Below, one piece after another: positions 1 to 10,943 of a DNA stretch of 59,395 nucleotides (its first letter is position 1; every line of letters starts with the position of its first letter). Position numbers and translations under genes: made by a program. This DNA comes from a virus (Duplodnaviria; Caudoviricetes). The DNA lies in IMG/VR virus record IMGVR_UViG_3300036884_000265, positions 1 through 59,395 of that record; one strand, written 5' to 3'. The notes under the pieces were generated by a model. It saw nothing but the letters and a program-made list of their open reading frames with translations. It did no database searches and had not been told where the DNA came from.

Positions 1-104
1 TACTTGACATAAGTAAGAATCACCTTTATGTTCCCAGCCATATAAGCCCATTTTAAAAGGAATACCCTTACAAATAAAAACATCATCTCCCGGCTCACTT
101 CCCT
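1..104. repeat. Terminal direct repeat (left copy), probably assembly circularisation overlap
   Basis: 1-104 equals 59292-59395 except position 5 (T vs C). The exact match 6-104 = 59297-59395 is 99 bp, a common assembler k-mer length. An ORF runs in frame across the junction. Confidence 0.95.
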
Positions 105-711
105 CAATAGACTTTTCAGTCATAAACTCACAAACATTTCTTGCAATACCTAAATCATGAGCAATTTGATCTAACTTACTTGCTGACTCAGCATATGAGT
201 TAACATAAAATGTCTCAAAAATTCCACGTTCTCCAACATTAGGTTTAACCCAGAACTTAGGATTATCCTTAGCAAGGGAACGCAAATTATCAATACCCTT
301 AATTAACTTCCATTTAGGAACAGCTAAGCCCCGTCTAATTAATGTCTTCTTAAATAATTCACGATCAACTTCAAGTTCAGCAATATCCTTATCTTTCTTA
401 ACTCCACCTGTTCCAAATACTGCACGACCTTGTCTTCTTAATTCACGTTGCTCAGAAACATCACCAACATCAGGAAATACGAATGTATCAACTGAGTCAA
501 GGTCATCCCAAAACTCCCAAATTCGTGTTAATCCAGGTAAGTCACGCCCAACATAACGCTTATTAGGACAGGGAAACGAGTCCATCCACGGTACATAATA
601 CTCAACAGTCCCAAAGCCTTCTTCATTTAATTCTGCACTTAAGGCCATAGCTACTGAAGTAAACATACCATAATCCCAGACCCTACATTTAAGTTTACTT
701 AAATCCTTCAT
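1..711 (-). CDS. PurD/GARS-like ATP-grasp ligase, 5' part (continues at 59291..58707; ~431 aa in total)
   Basis: Missing from the ORF track; translated by hand from ATG 711, which overlaps the stop of 708..983: MKDLSKLKCRVWDYG...VFGTGG...AELEVDRELFKKTLIRRGLAVPKW...FWVKP...EKSIEGSE. In frame with 58707..59342 (...SDICSRFGNP...). These motifs parallel PurD (VFGP..A.LE.SK, VVKA, EEFL.G.E, E.N.RFGDP). Confidence 0.75.
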   Translation of the reverse strand, partial: MKDLSKLKCRVWDYGMFTSVAMALSAELNEEGFGTVEYYVPWMDSFPCPNKRYVGRDLPGLTRIWEFWDDLDSVDTFVFPDVGDVSEQRELRRQGRAVFGTGGVKKDKDIAELEVDRELFKKTLIRRGLAVPKWKLIKGIDNLRSLAKDNPKFWVKPNVGERGIFETFYVNSYAESASKLDQIAHDLGIARNVCEFMTEKSIEGSEPGDDVFICKGIPFKMGLYGWEHKGDSYLCQV

Positions 712-983
712 TTTTTAATCACCGGCTTAGAAATAGCTTTTTCATATGATTTAGACTTAGGTCTTAAAACAACACACTGATAACCAAAGTAAATTGCTCG
801 TCCATGTCCACCTGAATCAGCATCAATTTTTGCATTACTTAAAAATTCTATATCCCAGTCCTTTTGTGCTTCCCTTATTTTAAGAGTTAAGCTTTGTGCT
901 GCAATCTCAGGACCACCTTCCTCATTACTTGCAACATAAAAAATATGATAGCCTTCAACCAATGCTAATTCTCGATTATCCAT
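708..983 (-). CDS. Hypothetical protein
   Basis: 91 aa ORF with AGGAGG RBS, coupled to the downstream ATP-grasp gene. Confidence 0.75.
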   Translation of the reverse strand: MDNRELALVEGYHIFYVASNEEGGPEIAAQSLTLKIREAQKDWDIEFLSNAKIDADSGGHGRAIYFGYQCVVLRPKSKSYEKAISKPVIKK

Positions 984-1008
984 CCTTTACCTCCTGATTT
1001 AAATTAAA

Positions 1009-1038
1009 TTAAACATCGTAATAATTACGCTAATCTTG
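1009..1038 (+). repeat. Dispersed palindromic element copy 1 (core CGTAATAATTACG 1017-1029)
   Basis: ttaaacatCGTAATAATTACGctaatctt; intergenic, overlaps the stop of the 1431-aa gene. Confidence 0.9.
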
Positions 1039-4000
1039 ATCTTCAATTTCATTACCTTCACCTTGACTTACATACTTACCATGATCCCAAGTAGGCTGCT
1101 TAATTTTCCCACTTTCAATATCATCAATAAATTGTTTAGTTACAGGTGAAATCATATCTAAGTCATCAATTACATTTTTCTTAGCAAACCAAGCATAACG
1201 ATTTAAGTCAGTCATTGTCATCTTCTTAATTAAGTGTTCTTGGTCAGTTGCGGTCAACCTGTGAAATGACCTTATGTCACCAGGTAAATCAATTGTCCTT
1301 AAGAATGAAGTAACTCCTTCATCACTAATTTTTCCTGTCTCCTTAAGTTTATCTAATTCAGTTTCCGCCTCATCATCCTTTCCTTGTTGGTATAAACTTA
1401 TTATTTTAGATTTAGCATCACTAACCTTATTTCCTTCAAGTGGTTTAACACCGGCAAACCGTTTGCTCATTAAATTACTTATTTCATTCTGCATAGCTGT
1501 ATTTGTAATATATGCAGGAGCTAAGTTAAAACCAAGTGCAGTTGCAATGAATGATTTTTGACTTGACATTCCTGCTTGCTTCTCACGTTTATATGAGTCA
1601 AATGAAATTGGACTTAATGCAGTTTTACTAAGATATTTCATTACATCCCATACTTGTTTAATTGTTGGATCATCTGCATCTTTTATTTCCCTATGCTGAA
1701 AATCTTCATTCTTCCATACTGATAAAAGGGGAGAAATCATTGGATTCATTTTACCTGAAACAACTGAAGACATACCTCCAAGTAATCCATCTTTACTAAC
1801 ATTATAATAAACCGAAAATAAATCCCTTGTTGAGAATGGTGTGTTAAATCTTATTGGACTTCCATCAGCTTTTTTATCCCCTGTTCTTGGATAAAAATAA
1901 TCAAGTCCTTTAGGAAATTCCTGTGTCATTCCATATGTTATTAAACCGCCTATAATTGCTGAATTAAATGTATAAACTCCAGTGTATAACATTTTGCGGG
2001 TAATATCATCTCGTGTAACTTTTTCAAGTTTAGATAGCTTATTTATTAAAGACAATGTATCCTTAATTCCCCCACCAAGTTCACGAACATTTCCAAGGTT
2101 CCAACCCATTGATAAGGAAGATAAAATACCAGCTTCCTTAATTGATTTGCTCATGAATACACCTTTGTAAAATACTTCACCAAAACGGTTTTGAGCTGAA
2201 TCTCCAATTGCTCTTAACTCAATCCCTCGTTCATCTGCATTTTCATCCTTAAGTAATTCAGGTCTTCGTTCTAACAATAACTTAACTTCATGTAAATAAG
2301 ATCCTGTCTTAATTGCAGGGATATACATTTCAAATAAGGGTTTTTGCATGTAATCAAGCCCTGTAGGAATAACCTTTGTAGCCATTTTAACATACTTATC
2401 TTCTCTCCAAGCTTTTTTCCAAGCATCACTTGCCTTTGACTTCCATTCTTCAGACATTTTAGGAACAACACCACCTTCTTTTAAATACTGAATTGCCATT
2501 GCATCATCTGCTGATAAATTTGGAGTTGGTTTATCCCAAGCTTGCATTATTCTCCAACCCTCACCAAGTTCTTCCTTCTGATGCATCTGTAAAAAAGCCT
2601 TCCCAATATCCTTAAACATCTCACCAATTGTCCCACCACCTTTAATTCCATGTTCTAATGCCTGAGCAATTCTCGCTGAAGGGGAGATGGTAAGAACGTG
2701 AACCGCATGAAATAAATTTAAACTAAGTTTAACTGGAACAATTAAATTCTTAGCTTCAGAAACCTTTCTAAACATATTTCCCTTAAGTGAAGGATCACTC
2801 CATAATGATGGCTGAAGAATTGCATTATTTATTACTGGATAAATATCATTAGGTACTCCATATAAATTTCCATCAGGAGCATATAATTTAGTATATCCCT
2901 TTCTTGCCATATCAGCTTCCCATTTAGCAGCTAAATTACGCCCAATTAAATCATTGACAAAATTCATCTTAGTAATTGCAGCTTCAGCACTAAATTGTCG
3001 CATCAATTTAAGTTCTTCAGGATTGGTTGTCTTAAGCTCATATCCTGCCTTAATTGCATCTTTAAGCAAATCAATTTCTCTTTCCTTAGTAAATCTATCC
3101 TTACCCAAACTTGCAATTCTTGATTGAATAAATTCATCAACACCTTTAGGATCTTTAAAAATATGTGGGAAATAATCAGTACGATAACTATAATTTATTC
3201 CAGCTTTAGTTTCTCGTTTATAAATATCATCAAGACTTTCCCTATATTCTTTAGCTAATCCCTTAAGGTTAGCAGGAAGTTTCTCAGGTTCCTCAATTCC
3301 AAACATAAATTCTAAGTGTTTCTCCTTACCTTGCCTATCCCATTCATTTTTCCTTTCCTCAGATGCTTTCATAAGTTGGGCCTTAATATGTTCATCTCCA
3401 GTAATAGCCTTAATTAACATTGCACCAACTTTTCTTGCGTTTGCTGAAATTGATTCAGGTGAAAATAATCGTTTACTTAAATCACTTATCTCAGTTCCTG
3501 TTTTAGTTTTAAAGAACTTACCCATTGAATCACGAAATGAATTTAAGCCAATTGAGTAAACTGGTTCACCTTCATTTTCCTTCAATGTTTCAGGTTTAAC
3601 TTCCTTTTCCTTACCACTCCAATCCTTCTCCCTATGTTCCTTAAGTTTATCAGCAACATTCTCCCCAACCTTAACTTCAAAATTACCACCATTTTCCGGG
3701 TCAGTAATTGTATACATATCTAAGTCAGGCCATTTCTCTGCTTTAAGATTTAAGTCCTTAGCCTGATCAGTTATTGATTTTTCAGTTTCCTTTTTCCCTT
3801 CCCCGCTTGGTTCATTGCTATCGCCACTGCTTGCTTCTGATTCCTTCCCGACCTCACCAACTCCGCTATGTTCTCCGAGATCACCCGTTTTGACTTCCCC
3901 TTCTTCAGTGGCATTTTTACCTTCCTCAGGTTTTTTAACCTCGTCCTTATTTAATTTATCAAGAGCATCATTATAATCTTCAGAATGAAGTTCATAATCC

Positions 4001-5325
4001 TCACCAAGTTTCTTAACTAATTCTTCATGAACTTCAGGTTGTTGAGTTTTAATTAAATCCTTAGCTTCATCCCTATTAAGAACATTTCCATCTTCACCAA
4101 CAAATTTCTTATCATTTTCAGCAATATCCTTAGTATCAAGCTTATGTTCCTTAATAATATCAGGATGAGACTCACCTTCCTTTCCTGGAATTATTCCATT
4201 GTCAGTTTCAATAACCGGTTTAATAATCGGTTTAGTCTTATCAATTTCTTTAGCGATATCCTTAACAACTCCTGATTCACGATTCTCAAAATCTTCAATC
4301 ATTAAATCATACTTATCCATTTTACTTCTTCTTGCTTCTTCCTTAAGATTAAGTCCACTTTCATTTATTTTTGACTTCGGAAGTTTCTTACCATAGAAAT
4401 CATCAGCTCGTTTTTTAACAATTTCATCAGGTGCAGTACCTGTTTCCTTAGCTTCTTTAGCAACATCATTTATAAATTTAACCTTATTTTCACCACCTGA
4501 AATTTTACGGACAACATCTCCAAATATACCTCTTCCAACATCTGTCATTCCACCAGCAATCATACCCTCAACAACAAACTCACCAAGATCAATTGCATCT
4601 TTAGAAAGTCCTTCAGATTTAAGTAAATCAGAAATTCCCTTACCCTCTTGAAATTTATATGGTTCTTTTTGAATTTTAGATACAATTAAATTCTTAAGTT
4701 CATCAAGACCAAAAAATGTTCCAAGTACAGTAGCAGTACTAACTGGATTAGTTGCTAAACCTGCAGTAATACCAAGTTTCATTGCCGTTCCTGCTGCTTG
4801 TTTTAAAGTAGGTTTTCCACGCTCAATAACACCTTCTTGAATATCTTCAAAATTATGTAATACCTTAGTTGGAGATATTCTAGTTTGTTCAGACATACCA
4901 ACAGTCATTGCTGCTTTTTCAGGAGTAACATTTGGTGTGATTACTTTACTTTTTATATCTTGCCAAAGCGACTGCTTAGGTGTTGTAATTAAAGATTCAC
5001 CTGGAGGCATTAATTGTTTTGCTTTAGTTAAAATACCAGCATTTTTATCAATTTGCCTTGGTTGATTTGAAGGTAAAGCCTGAGCCTGAGTTTGCTTTTC
5101 CGGTTGTAGGAGGGGTGTTTGAGGGGCAGCAGGTTGCGGAACCGTATCCTTGTTATTTGTATTCTCAGACTCAGGTGAACTAAACAATCCTTTAAATTTT
5201 TCCCATGTAGACTTAGATTTCTCTTCAGGCTGATCTATCTTAATTTTATATGAAGTATCAGCAACAATAGGTTTAAAATCTGATGATTTATCTTCAGGTT
5301 GATCTATAGTAATATTATAAGCCAT
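1030..5325 (-). CDS. Large internal virion / DNA-ejection protein (polyvalent-protein-like)
   Basis: 1431 aa, helical and charged, last gene of the ejection block. The C-terminal region (FYPRTG...PIRFNTPF...KMNPMISP...NEDF) resembles those of large podovirus ejection proteins. Confidence 0.65.
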   Translation of the reverse strand: MAYNITIDQPEDKSSDFKPIVADTSYKIKIDQPEEKSKSTWEKFKGLFSSPESENTNNKDTVPQPAAPQTPLLQPEKQTQAQALPSNQPRQIDKNAGILTKAKQLMPPGESLITTPKQSLWQDIKSKVITPNVTPEKAAMTVGMSEQTRISPTKVLHNFEDIQEGVIERGKPTLKQAAGTAMKLGITAGLATNPVSTATVLGTFFGLDELKNLIVSKIQKEPYKFQEGKGISDLLKSEGLSKDAIDLGEFVVEGMIAGGMTDVGRGIFGDVVRKISGGENKVKFINDVAKEAKETGTAPDEIVKKRADDFYGKKLPKSKINESGLNLKEEARRSKMDKYDLMIEDFENRESGVVKDIAKEIDKTKPIIKPVIETDNGIIPGKEGESHPDIIKEHKLDTKDIAENDKKFVGEDGNVLNRDEAKDLIKTQQPEVHEELVKKLGEDYELHSEDYNDALDKLNKDEVKKPEEGKNATEEGEVKTGDLGEHSGVGEVGKESEASSGDSNEPSGEGKKETEKSITDQAKDLNLKAEKWPDLDMYTITDPENGGNFEVKVGENVADKLKEHREKDWSGKEKEVKPETLKENEGEPVYSIGLNSFRDSMGKFFKTKTGTEISDLSKRLFSPESISANARKVGAMLIKAITGDEHIKAQLMKASEERKNEWDRQGKEKHLEFMFGIEEPEKLPANLKGLAKEYRESLDDIYKRETKAGINYSYRTDYFPHIFKDPKGVDEFIQSRIASLGKDRFTKEREIDLLKDAIKAGYELKTTNPEELKLMRQFSAEAAITKMNFVNDLIGRNLAAKWEADMARKGYTKLYAPDGNLYGVPNDIYPVINNAILQPSLWSDPSLKGNMFRKVSEAKNLIVPVKLSLNLFHAVHVLTISPSARIAQALEHGIKGGGTIGEMFKDIGKAFLQMHQKEELGEGWRIMQAWDKPTPNLSADDAMAIQYLKEGGVVPKMSEEWKSKASDAWKKAWREDKYVKMATKVIPTGLDYMQKPLFEMYIPAIKTGSYLHEVKLLLERRPELLKDENADERGIELRAIGDSAQNRFGEVFYKGVFMSKSIKEAGILSSLSMGWNLGNVRELGGGIKDTLSLINKLSKLEKVTRDDITRKMLYTGVYTFNSAIIGGLITYGMTQEFPKGLDYFYPRTGDKKADGSPIRFNTPFSTRDLFSVYYNVSKDGLLGGMSSVVSGKMNPMISPLLSVWKNEDFQHREIKDADDPTIKQVWDVMKYLSKTALSPISFDSYKREKQAGMSSQKSFIATALGFNLAPAYITNTAMQNEISNLMSKRFAGVKPLEGNKVSDAKSKIISLYQQGKDDEAETELDKLKETGKISDEGVTSFLRTIDLPGDIRSFHRLTATDQEHLIKKMTMTDLNRYAWFAKKNVIDDLDMISPVTKQFIDDIESGKIKQPTWDHGKYVSQGEGNEIEDQD

Positions 5326-7263
5326 TTAGTTTTTAGCTCTCCATTGCCATTTTCCATCTGCATTTTTATATGTCTCAAACTTAGTACCATCATCTCCTAC
5401 TCCTGTCATACCTTCTTTAGGAGGATTTTTTTTATCCTTATTAAGTATATTAAGTGCACTTTGTATATCACTTTTAATTTTATCATCTTCCTTTTCAACT
5501 ATTGTCCTTGCTTCAGATGCACTCTTTCCTTTTTTAATTAAATCAGTTATTTTTTCTATTTTATTATTAATATCTTCAGAATTAGATTTCTTAATTGTTC
5601 CTCCAGATTTACTCATATCCTTTCTTATACTTTCTACCTTATCCAATTCAGACTTAATATCTTTTTCCTTCTTAGTATCTTCTCTATCCTTTTTATTTCC
5701 TGCAACTTCACTTCTTCTAAGTCTTACTTCCTCATCCCTTCGATCAGACTCCCTTGCTTTTTCTTTTCTATCCTCATCAGCCTTTTTTACCTTATCTTCT
5801 TCAGTTTCTTTTCCAATATCTAATTTTCGCTCACCTTGAGCTAACTTTCTTTCTCCTTGATTAAGTTTCATTGCTTCAAGTGGAGTTATTGTTCCTTTAG
5901 GTTCAATAATTGCTGACCAATCTTTCCAATCAATACCTTCAGGTTTTCGTGCTTGTAACCAATCAGTACGATCTTGAGGACTTAAACCTTTAGGAATACT
6001 TTTTAAAACTCCAACTATTTCCTTATCAACTATACTTTTCTGAATACGATTTGTATAATCAGCAGCAAACTTATAAGGATCAGACAATATCATTATTTTT
6101 TGAAGCGCAGCTAATGTTTTAGATGCTTGACTAACCTGAGCGTGCATTAACGCACCAGGAACTTGGGCAACAGGAGCATTAGGGTTAGCATCCCTTCCTA
6201 AGCTCAGTGGAGCATTATATGTTATCTCCTTTTGTCCCTTAGCTGAATACTTCTTAGTATCCTCATTCCACATTGGATCTGAATGAAGTGCTTGAGCATA
6301 TTGATCAGCATCTTGTTCATTATTAAATTTACCTAAATACTTACCTGATTTACGATACTCCTTAATTGCCTCTTCATCACTAAGCAACTTTCCAGTATTA
6401 CTAATCTTAGGAACTAAAACTTCCTTACCATCTTCCTCAAATGACATTGATAAAACTGTTGAAATTGAACCATCAGCATTTCTACGAACAGGACGATTAC
6501 TTAAATCAATATTACCAATTTCATTTCCATCCTTAGAAGTAATTTCATCATTAACGGTAAACTTGGGTTTATCATCTCCAATATGTTTAAATACCTGTCC
6601 ATCCTTAACTGGAGTTGTAACACCAAGAATAAATGAAATTTTAGGATTACTTGGATCATCATTATTAAATAAAACTGATGTAACTTTCTTCTTAACTCCA
6701 TCCTTTTCAGTTGTTAATCCAGTTTTATCTGACCCCTTATCAATTTGTTTTCCGTAAAATATATTAATATTCTTAATAAGATCCGGTGTATCATCCTCAC
6801 TAAGAATATGACGACCTTGAGGTAATTTACCTGCATTACTTTGCATAAAATTATTAAGATAATTAGCAGCTTCAGACTGCTCAGTAATTTTATTTGGGTC
6901 ATCTGTAACAAACGGAGAATGAACTGAGGCAGTTATAATTGCTTCCTTATGTTCTTCAGATGGTTCCCAATCCTTACCTTGTTTAGATGCTTCTTCACTT
7001 TCCCTAATTGCTTCAGTATACGGAACTATTTTTTGCATATCATATGCTGGCATATCTCCAAGTTGACCTTGTAGATTATCAAGTTGATCCATCATTTGTT
7101 TTTGATTATTCATTTTCATAGTCTCAGCTTGAATTTGTAAATCAGTTAACTGACGCTTTTGTTTGTTATCACTTATGCTATCAAGTGCACTTGAAAATGT
7201 TGCAAATGATTTAACTGCTGAACCTATTGGATCAGATAAATTACTACTTAACAATCTTGCCAT
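5326..7263 (-). CDS. Internal virion / DNA-transfer protein
   Basis: 645 aa with N- and C-terminal coiled coils, in the ejection block; contains a GNIDL..RP..NADGSISTV domain. Confidence 0.6.
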   Translation of the reverse strand: MARLLSSNLSDPIGSAVKSFATFSSALDSISDNKQKRQLTDLQIQAETMKMNNQKQMMDQLDNLQGQLGDMPAYDMQKIVPYTEAIRESEEASKQGKDWEPSEEHKEAIITASVHSPFVTDDPNKITEQSEAANYLNNFMQSNAGKLPQGRHILSEDDTPDLIKNINIFYGKQIDKGSDKTGLTTEKDGVKKKVTSVLFNNDDPSNPKISFILGVTTPVKDGQVFKHIGDDKPKFTVNDEITSKDGNEIGNIDLSNRPVRRNADGSISTVLSMSFEEDGKEVLVPKISNTGKLLSDEEAIKEYRKSGKYLGKFNNEQDADQYAQALHSDPMWNEDTKKYSAKGQKEITYNAPLSLGRDANPNAPVAQVPGALMHAQVSQASKTLAALQKIMILSDPYKFAADYTNRIQKSIVDKEIVGVLKSIPKGLSPQDRTDWLQARKPEGIDWKDWSAIIEPKGTITPLEAMKLNQGERKLAQGERKLDIGKETEEDKVKKADEDRKEKARESDRRDEEVRLRRSEVAGNKKDREDTKKEKDIKSELDKVESIRKDMSKSGGTIKKSNSEDINNKIEKITDLIKKGKSASEARTIVEKEDDKIKSDIQSALNILNKDKKNPPKEGMTGVGDDGTKFETYKNADGKWQWRAKN

Positions 7264-7272
7264 AACATCTCC

Positions 7273-7572
7273 TTAAAAAAGGTCACTGAATAAATATCCA
7301 AGTCCAGCTCCTACAACCATACCAATTGGCCCTGCCCACGAACCTAATTCTGTTCCTAAAGCTGTACCACTCAACAAAGCTGAACTGGCCATATATCCAA
7401 CTGTTGCCCCAACCATTGTACCTTCAGTCTTTTGCTGAACATCTTGTACCTTTTTATTTGCTTTAAGTTCTGAATTAGCCTGATCAATTTGTTGTTGTTC
7501 AGCAGATTCTCTTACGAATCCAGATAATGCTTGATTTTTATAATTAATTCCTGTGCTTATTACACCAGCCAT
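7273..7572 (-). CDS. Small glycine-zipper membrane/ejection protein
   Basis: C-terminal GxxxG-rich hydrophobic segment (GSWAGPIGMVVGAGLGYLF); position in the ejection block. Confidence 0.6.
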   Translation of the reverse strand: MAGVISTGINYKNQALSGFVRESAEQQQIDQANSELKANKKVQDVQQKTEGTMVGATVGYMASSALLSGTALGTELGSWAGPIGMVVGAGLGYLFSDLF

Positions 7573-7582
7573 AATTTACTCC

Positions 7583-8095
7583 TTATCCTGCTGTAGACGT
7601 ACCCTTCTGAATATTATAATTAGGAAGTGAACCAAGTAAAATTTGTTCATCCTGAATCCTTACATTCTCACGTGCTTGATTACTTGCTGATGCAACATTT
7701 TCAGCAGTATTTAAATTAACCATTCTGTTCATTGTATTTTGCTGACCTACGTTAGGAGTAAGTCCTTGAGACTTATTAGTTCTACTTAAAACACCTGACA
7801 TAGTATCTGAAGTTTGTTGTGCTGCTGTACTTGCTTTACTCACAGCAGTAGTTAATACTGAAGGATTATTAAATGATATTTCATTAAGCATTGATAATTC
7901 AATAGGCTTAAATGTAGATGCCCATTCATTATACTCAGCATTAAGTAAGTCAGCTGCTATTTGAGATGGAGATTCTGCTGGTGTAGGTTCAGCTGAAGAA
8001 TATGCTGAAGGACCTAAACCATTTCCAGAATTTACTACACCTGGAGAATCAACATCACCTGGATCTGCACCTGTATCAAATGTACCATACGGCAT
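7583..8095 (-). CDS. Putative internal virion protein
   Basis: 170 aa, S/T/N/Q-rich, lies between other ejection-type genes. Confidence 0.5.
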   Translation of the reverse strand: MPYGTFDTGADPGDVDSPGVVNSGNGLGPSAYSSAEPTPAESPSQIAADLLNAEYNEWASTFKPIELSMLNEISFNNPSVLTTAVSKASTAAQQTSDTMSGVLSRTNKSQGLTPNVGQQNTMNRMVNLNTAENVASASNQARENVRIQDEQILLGSLPNYNIQKGTSTAG

Positions 8096-8109
8096 CTTAA
8101 TTACCTCAC

Positions 8110-8139
8110 TAAGATCATCGTAATTATTACGATATTTAA
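8110..8139 (-). repeat. Dispersed palindromic element copy 2 (core 8119-8131)
   Basis: taagatcatCGTAATTATTACGatatttaa; intergenic. Confidence 0.9.
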
Positions 8140-8140
8140 A

Positions 8141-8773
8141 TTAACCATCATAACTCATTACAGGATCAGTTAAAAAATTACCTATAGTATTGGTAGTATT
8201 AGGATTAATTTGTCTTGTCTTTGGTGTTTGTGAATTACCAGCTTTCATTAACCCCGCTGCAGTTGCTCCTGCCATTGATCCATAAGCATTTTCAATTGCC
8301 GCATCAGTCTGTTGTTGAAGATCAATGTTTGAAATCTCAGCCGAAATTGATTGTCCTGCTAATTCAGTAATTCCTGCTCCAGCTGTTGTTTCTTGTCCTT
8401 GTCCAATATCAATAACATTTTTAAGTTCATTAAGTTTACGAGAACGCGCAGCACCCTGACCCTGCATTTGTGCCCCAGTCTCAGTTGTTGCTAACGTATT
8501 AAGCCTTTTTTCATTAACAACCGGATTAGAACTTGCATCCCCAGGTTTAATATTCTTAACTGCCTCAGCATTAATTTGACCCGCAATTTTCCTTCCTTCT
8601 TCATCTTGAGTTTCTGGATCAGCAGTTTTAGCAACATACTTATCTACAACTGGTTTATAAGATGATTGATAATAATTCCATAACTGAGAATTTATATTTT
8701 CTTGTGCTACCATATCAGCTGTAGGTGTTACAACAGCTTGTTCTGAACTACTTCCACTATCTCCACCACCCAT
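8141..8773 (-). CDS. Putative internal virion (pilot) protein
   Basis: MGGG/S-rich N-terminus and A/G/Q-rich C-terminus, directly after the GNAT-like gene, as in many podoviruses. Confidence 0.6.
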   Translation of the reverse strand: MGGGDSGSSSEQAVVTPTADMVAQENINSQLWNYYQSSYKPVVDKYVAKTADPETQDEEGRKIAGQINAEAVKNIKPGDASSNPVVNEKRLNTLATTETGAQMQGQGAARSRKLNELKNVIDIGQGQETTAGAGITELAGQSISAEISNIDLQQQTDAAIENAYGSMAGATAAGLMKAGNSQTPKTRQINPNTTNTIGNFLTDPVMSYDG

Positions 8774-8778
8774 TTAAC

Positions 8779-9225
8779 TCACCTCACTTGCTTATAATAT
8801 CTAAATAAACCTTTATGATTAGTATTATCAAGTTGAAAGCCCATAACTGAAAACCAATTAAAATACTTACCATAATTAAATGGAGAATATGCTTCGATGA
8901 TCCCTCCAGATCGTTTAACTAAATCAGTTCCAAACTGAATTAAAAACCGTGTAAGTACTAAACCTATTTTCTCCCAAGCTCCCATAACGGTAATTAAGTT
9001 TACACACCATTTATTAAGTCCCTTAGATTCAAGAATAATCATAGCTTCAGGTTTCATTTCATTACCATAAAAAATTCCAGTAAATTCCTTATTAATATAC
9101 TTAATAAATTCATCCCTTGTTTCATCAATTGTTTTATTAAGCATACTTAATTCAAACATACTACTCAATGAAATATTGCTTAATATAAAATTAATATCCT
9201 CAACATTAAGCTTTCCAATTTTCAT
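8779..9225 (-). CDS. GNAT-fold protein (T7 gp13-like position)
   Basis: 148 aa with C-terminal 'WFSVMGF' motif; lies between the tail and ejection genes. Confidence 0.55.
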   Translation of the reverse strand: MKIGKLNVEDINFILSNISLSSMFELSMLNKTIDETRDEFIKYINKEFTGIFYGNEMKPEAMIILESKGLNKWCVNLITVMGAWEKIGLVLTRFLIQFGTDLVKRSGGIIEAYSPFNYGKYFNWFSVMGFQLDNTNHKGLFRYYKQVR

Positions 9226-9232
9226 TCATCCC

Positions 9233-10630
9233 TCAGTGAATTATAAGCTTTTCATGACCAATACGTACTTCAGGATCAATCCAAATCTTAAATCCTTTTT
9301 TCATGGCCTTCTGGCAAAAGCCATCATCATCAGTTACAACTTCACACATCTTAAAATTTTGTATCTGATAAATTTGTTTCCATGACTCAAACCAAGGAAA
9401 TCCAATAGCTTCAAATACTCCCTTTTTAATAACAGTTAAACCAAACCCAGTATAATGAGCCGGGATTAAACCCATTTCATTACGCTTAATAAATGGCATA
9501 AGACCAAGTAAATAAGGACGCCTTGTCCAAGGTTTATTAACATCACCAAATAAACCACAAGCTACCTTATTATAAGGACCAAGTAATCCAGTTTCCCTTG
9601 GTGCCATTGAATACCAACCTGCAACAATATCAACATCATGTGAACTTAGTTTAAGAACATCACTTGCTTTTATAAGATTATCAGAATCAACCCAGACAAT
9701 CTTATCATAATCCGCACAATAATCTTCAAATGGAACTTGATCAAGCTCAAATGATTTATTAGCTAAACAAATATTCCTGACATGATAAATATTATTAGCA
9801 AACCCACTTCGTATTAAAACATTTTTACCTATTTTCATAAGCTCAACAATACAACCGAGTAACGTACCTGATTGAAGTCCACTTGAAGGATTACCAGGAA
9901 CACAAAACACAAAATCAACTTTTGCATCTACTCGAGGAGGCTTAGAAATAAACATCCCATATTCCTTAAAAAAGTGCAGTGAATCAACCTTTCCATTAAA
10001 ATGTATGAAGTTTGGAAGTTGATCAGTTACTGTATCAAGTGGTCTTTGATTAAAATTAACCAACTCACCTTCATCTTCCATCATACAATAAAACATTTGC
10101 GTGTTATAATCAAGCTCAAATGTTGAATTAATACCTTGAGCTAACATTTCATTAAGCACTTCTTGATCTAAACCAATCTTAGCTAAGTGCATATTTTGTT
10201 TACATTCTTCAATAAACTCAAGTAAATTATCCCGTGTTCCTGCAAGTCCCCCAAAATTGGCAAACTTCCAAGGTGTACCTCCATCGGGTATTTCATCTTG
10301 AATTGAGCAATTAGGATAACACATTTTCTCAGCTGCAATTAAAACATGCTCCTTAGGAATGTTATTAATAATTTCTTCCTTAGTACCAAAAAATAAAGTA
10401 TCCCATCCATCAACAATTACAATATTCTTATAATCATTAAGTGAAGTAACAACATCATGTAATACATTAAGACGATTTGACACCTCACAAAAGGTAAACA
10501 TATCTCCATTATCAAGTCCATCTCGGGAATCAATATAAAAATCTATTCCAGCATTATTCAATTGTTGTTCAAGCAAACCTAACATTCCCTTTTTCTCCGT
10601 CACTGATGTTACTACAGCTAAATCCTTCAT
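9233..10630 (-). CDS. Two-domain glycosyltransferase: PLOD/LH3-type GT domain plus a second GT-A domain
   Basis: N-half: IVIVDGWDTLF, AAEKMCYP, FANFGGLAG, DQE, LDY..QMF, FIHFNG (lysyl-hydroxylase GT-like). C-half: RN, YDKIVWVDSD (DxD), GFGLTVIKKGVFE..PWF, DDGFC...GFKIWIDP...GH. Confidence 0.8.
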   Translation of the reverse strand: MKDLAVVTSVTEKKGMLGLLEQQLNNAGIDFYIDSRDGLDNGDMFTFCEVSNRLNVLHDVVTSLNDYKNIVIVDGWDTLFFGTKEEIINNIPKEHVLIAAEKMCYPNCSIQDEIPDGGTPWKFANFGGLAGTRDNLLEFIEECKQNMHLAKIGLDQEVLNEMLAQGINSTFELDYNTQMFYCMMEDEGELVNFNQRPLDTVTDQLPNFIHFNGKVDSLHFFKEYGMFISKPPRVDAKVDFVFCVPGNPSSGLQSGTLLGCIVELMKIGKNVLIRSGFANNIYHVRNICLANKSFELDQVPFEDYCADYDKIVWVDSDNLIKASDVLKLSSHDVDIVAGWYSMAPRETGLLGPYNKVACGLFGDVNKPWTRRPYLLGLMPFIKRNEMGLIPAHYTGFGLTVIKKGVFEAIGFPWFESWKQIYQIQNFKMCEVVTDDDGFCQKAMKKGFKIWIDPEVRIGHEKLIIH

Positions 10631-10652
10631 CCTTTTTCTCCTTTATATTCCT

Positions 10653-10943
10653 TTATTGAAGTACCGCTAATTTAACTTTAAGTCCTTTAATAATAACCTC
10701 AACAAACTTAGTTGTATCTAAAGCTTGTCCAGTTACTCCACCATTTATATCTCTTAATTCCCAGTTTTCAATAACCTTCAATTCCTTAGAATCAATAATT
10801 GTCAGTGTTGATTGAGTTTGTGGCTGAGTAACTATAACCTTACCAACTGAAGGGGTTGTCTCAAAATAATCCCTTAAGCTATCAATAGCCCTCTTAACAT
10901 CTGCAAATGTTTTTATTGCTGTAATAACAGGAAATTTTTTCAT
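10653..10943 (-). CDS. Hypothetical protein
   Basis: 96 aa ORF overlapping the stop of the tail gene (ATGA). Confidence 0.65.
   Translation of the reverse strand: MKKFPVITAIKTFADVKRAIDSLRDYFETTPSVGKVIVTQPQTQSTLTIIDSKELKVIENWELRDINGGVTGQALDTTKFVEVIIKGLKVKLAVLQ

Noticed and set aside
1-104. Biological direct terminal repeat
   Set aside because: The exact overlap is 99 bp and falls in the middle of a gene that reads through the junction, which is typical of assembler circularisation rather than a physical genome end.
1-711. purD as an auxiliary purine-biosynthesis gene
   Set aside because: It is highly divergent, lacks the GLAAGKGV loop and lies in the virion operon, so no gene symbol was assigned.
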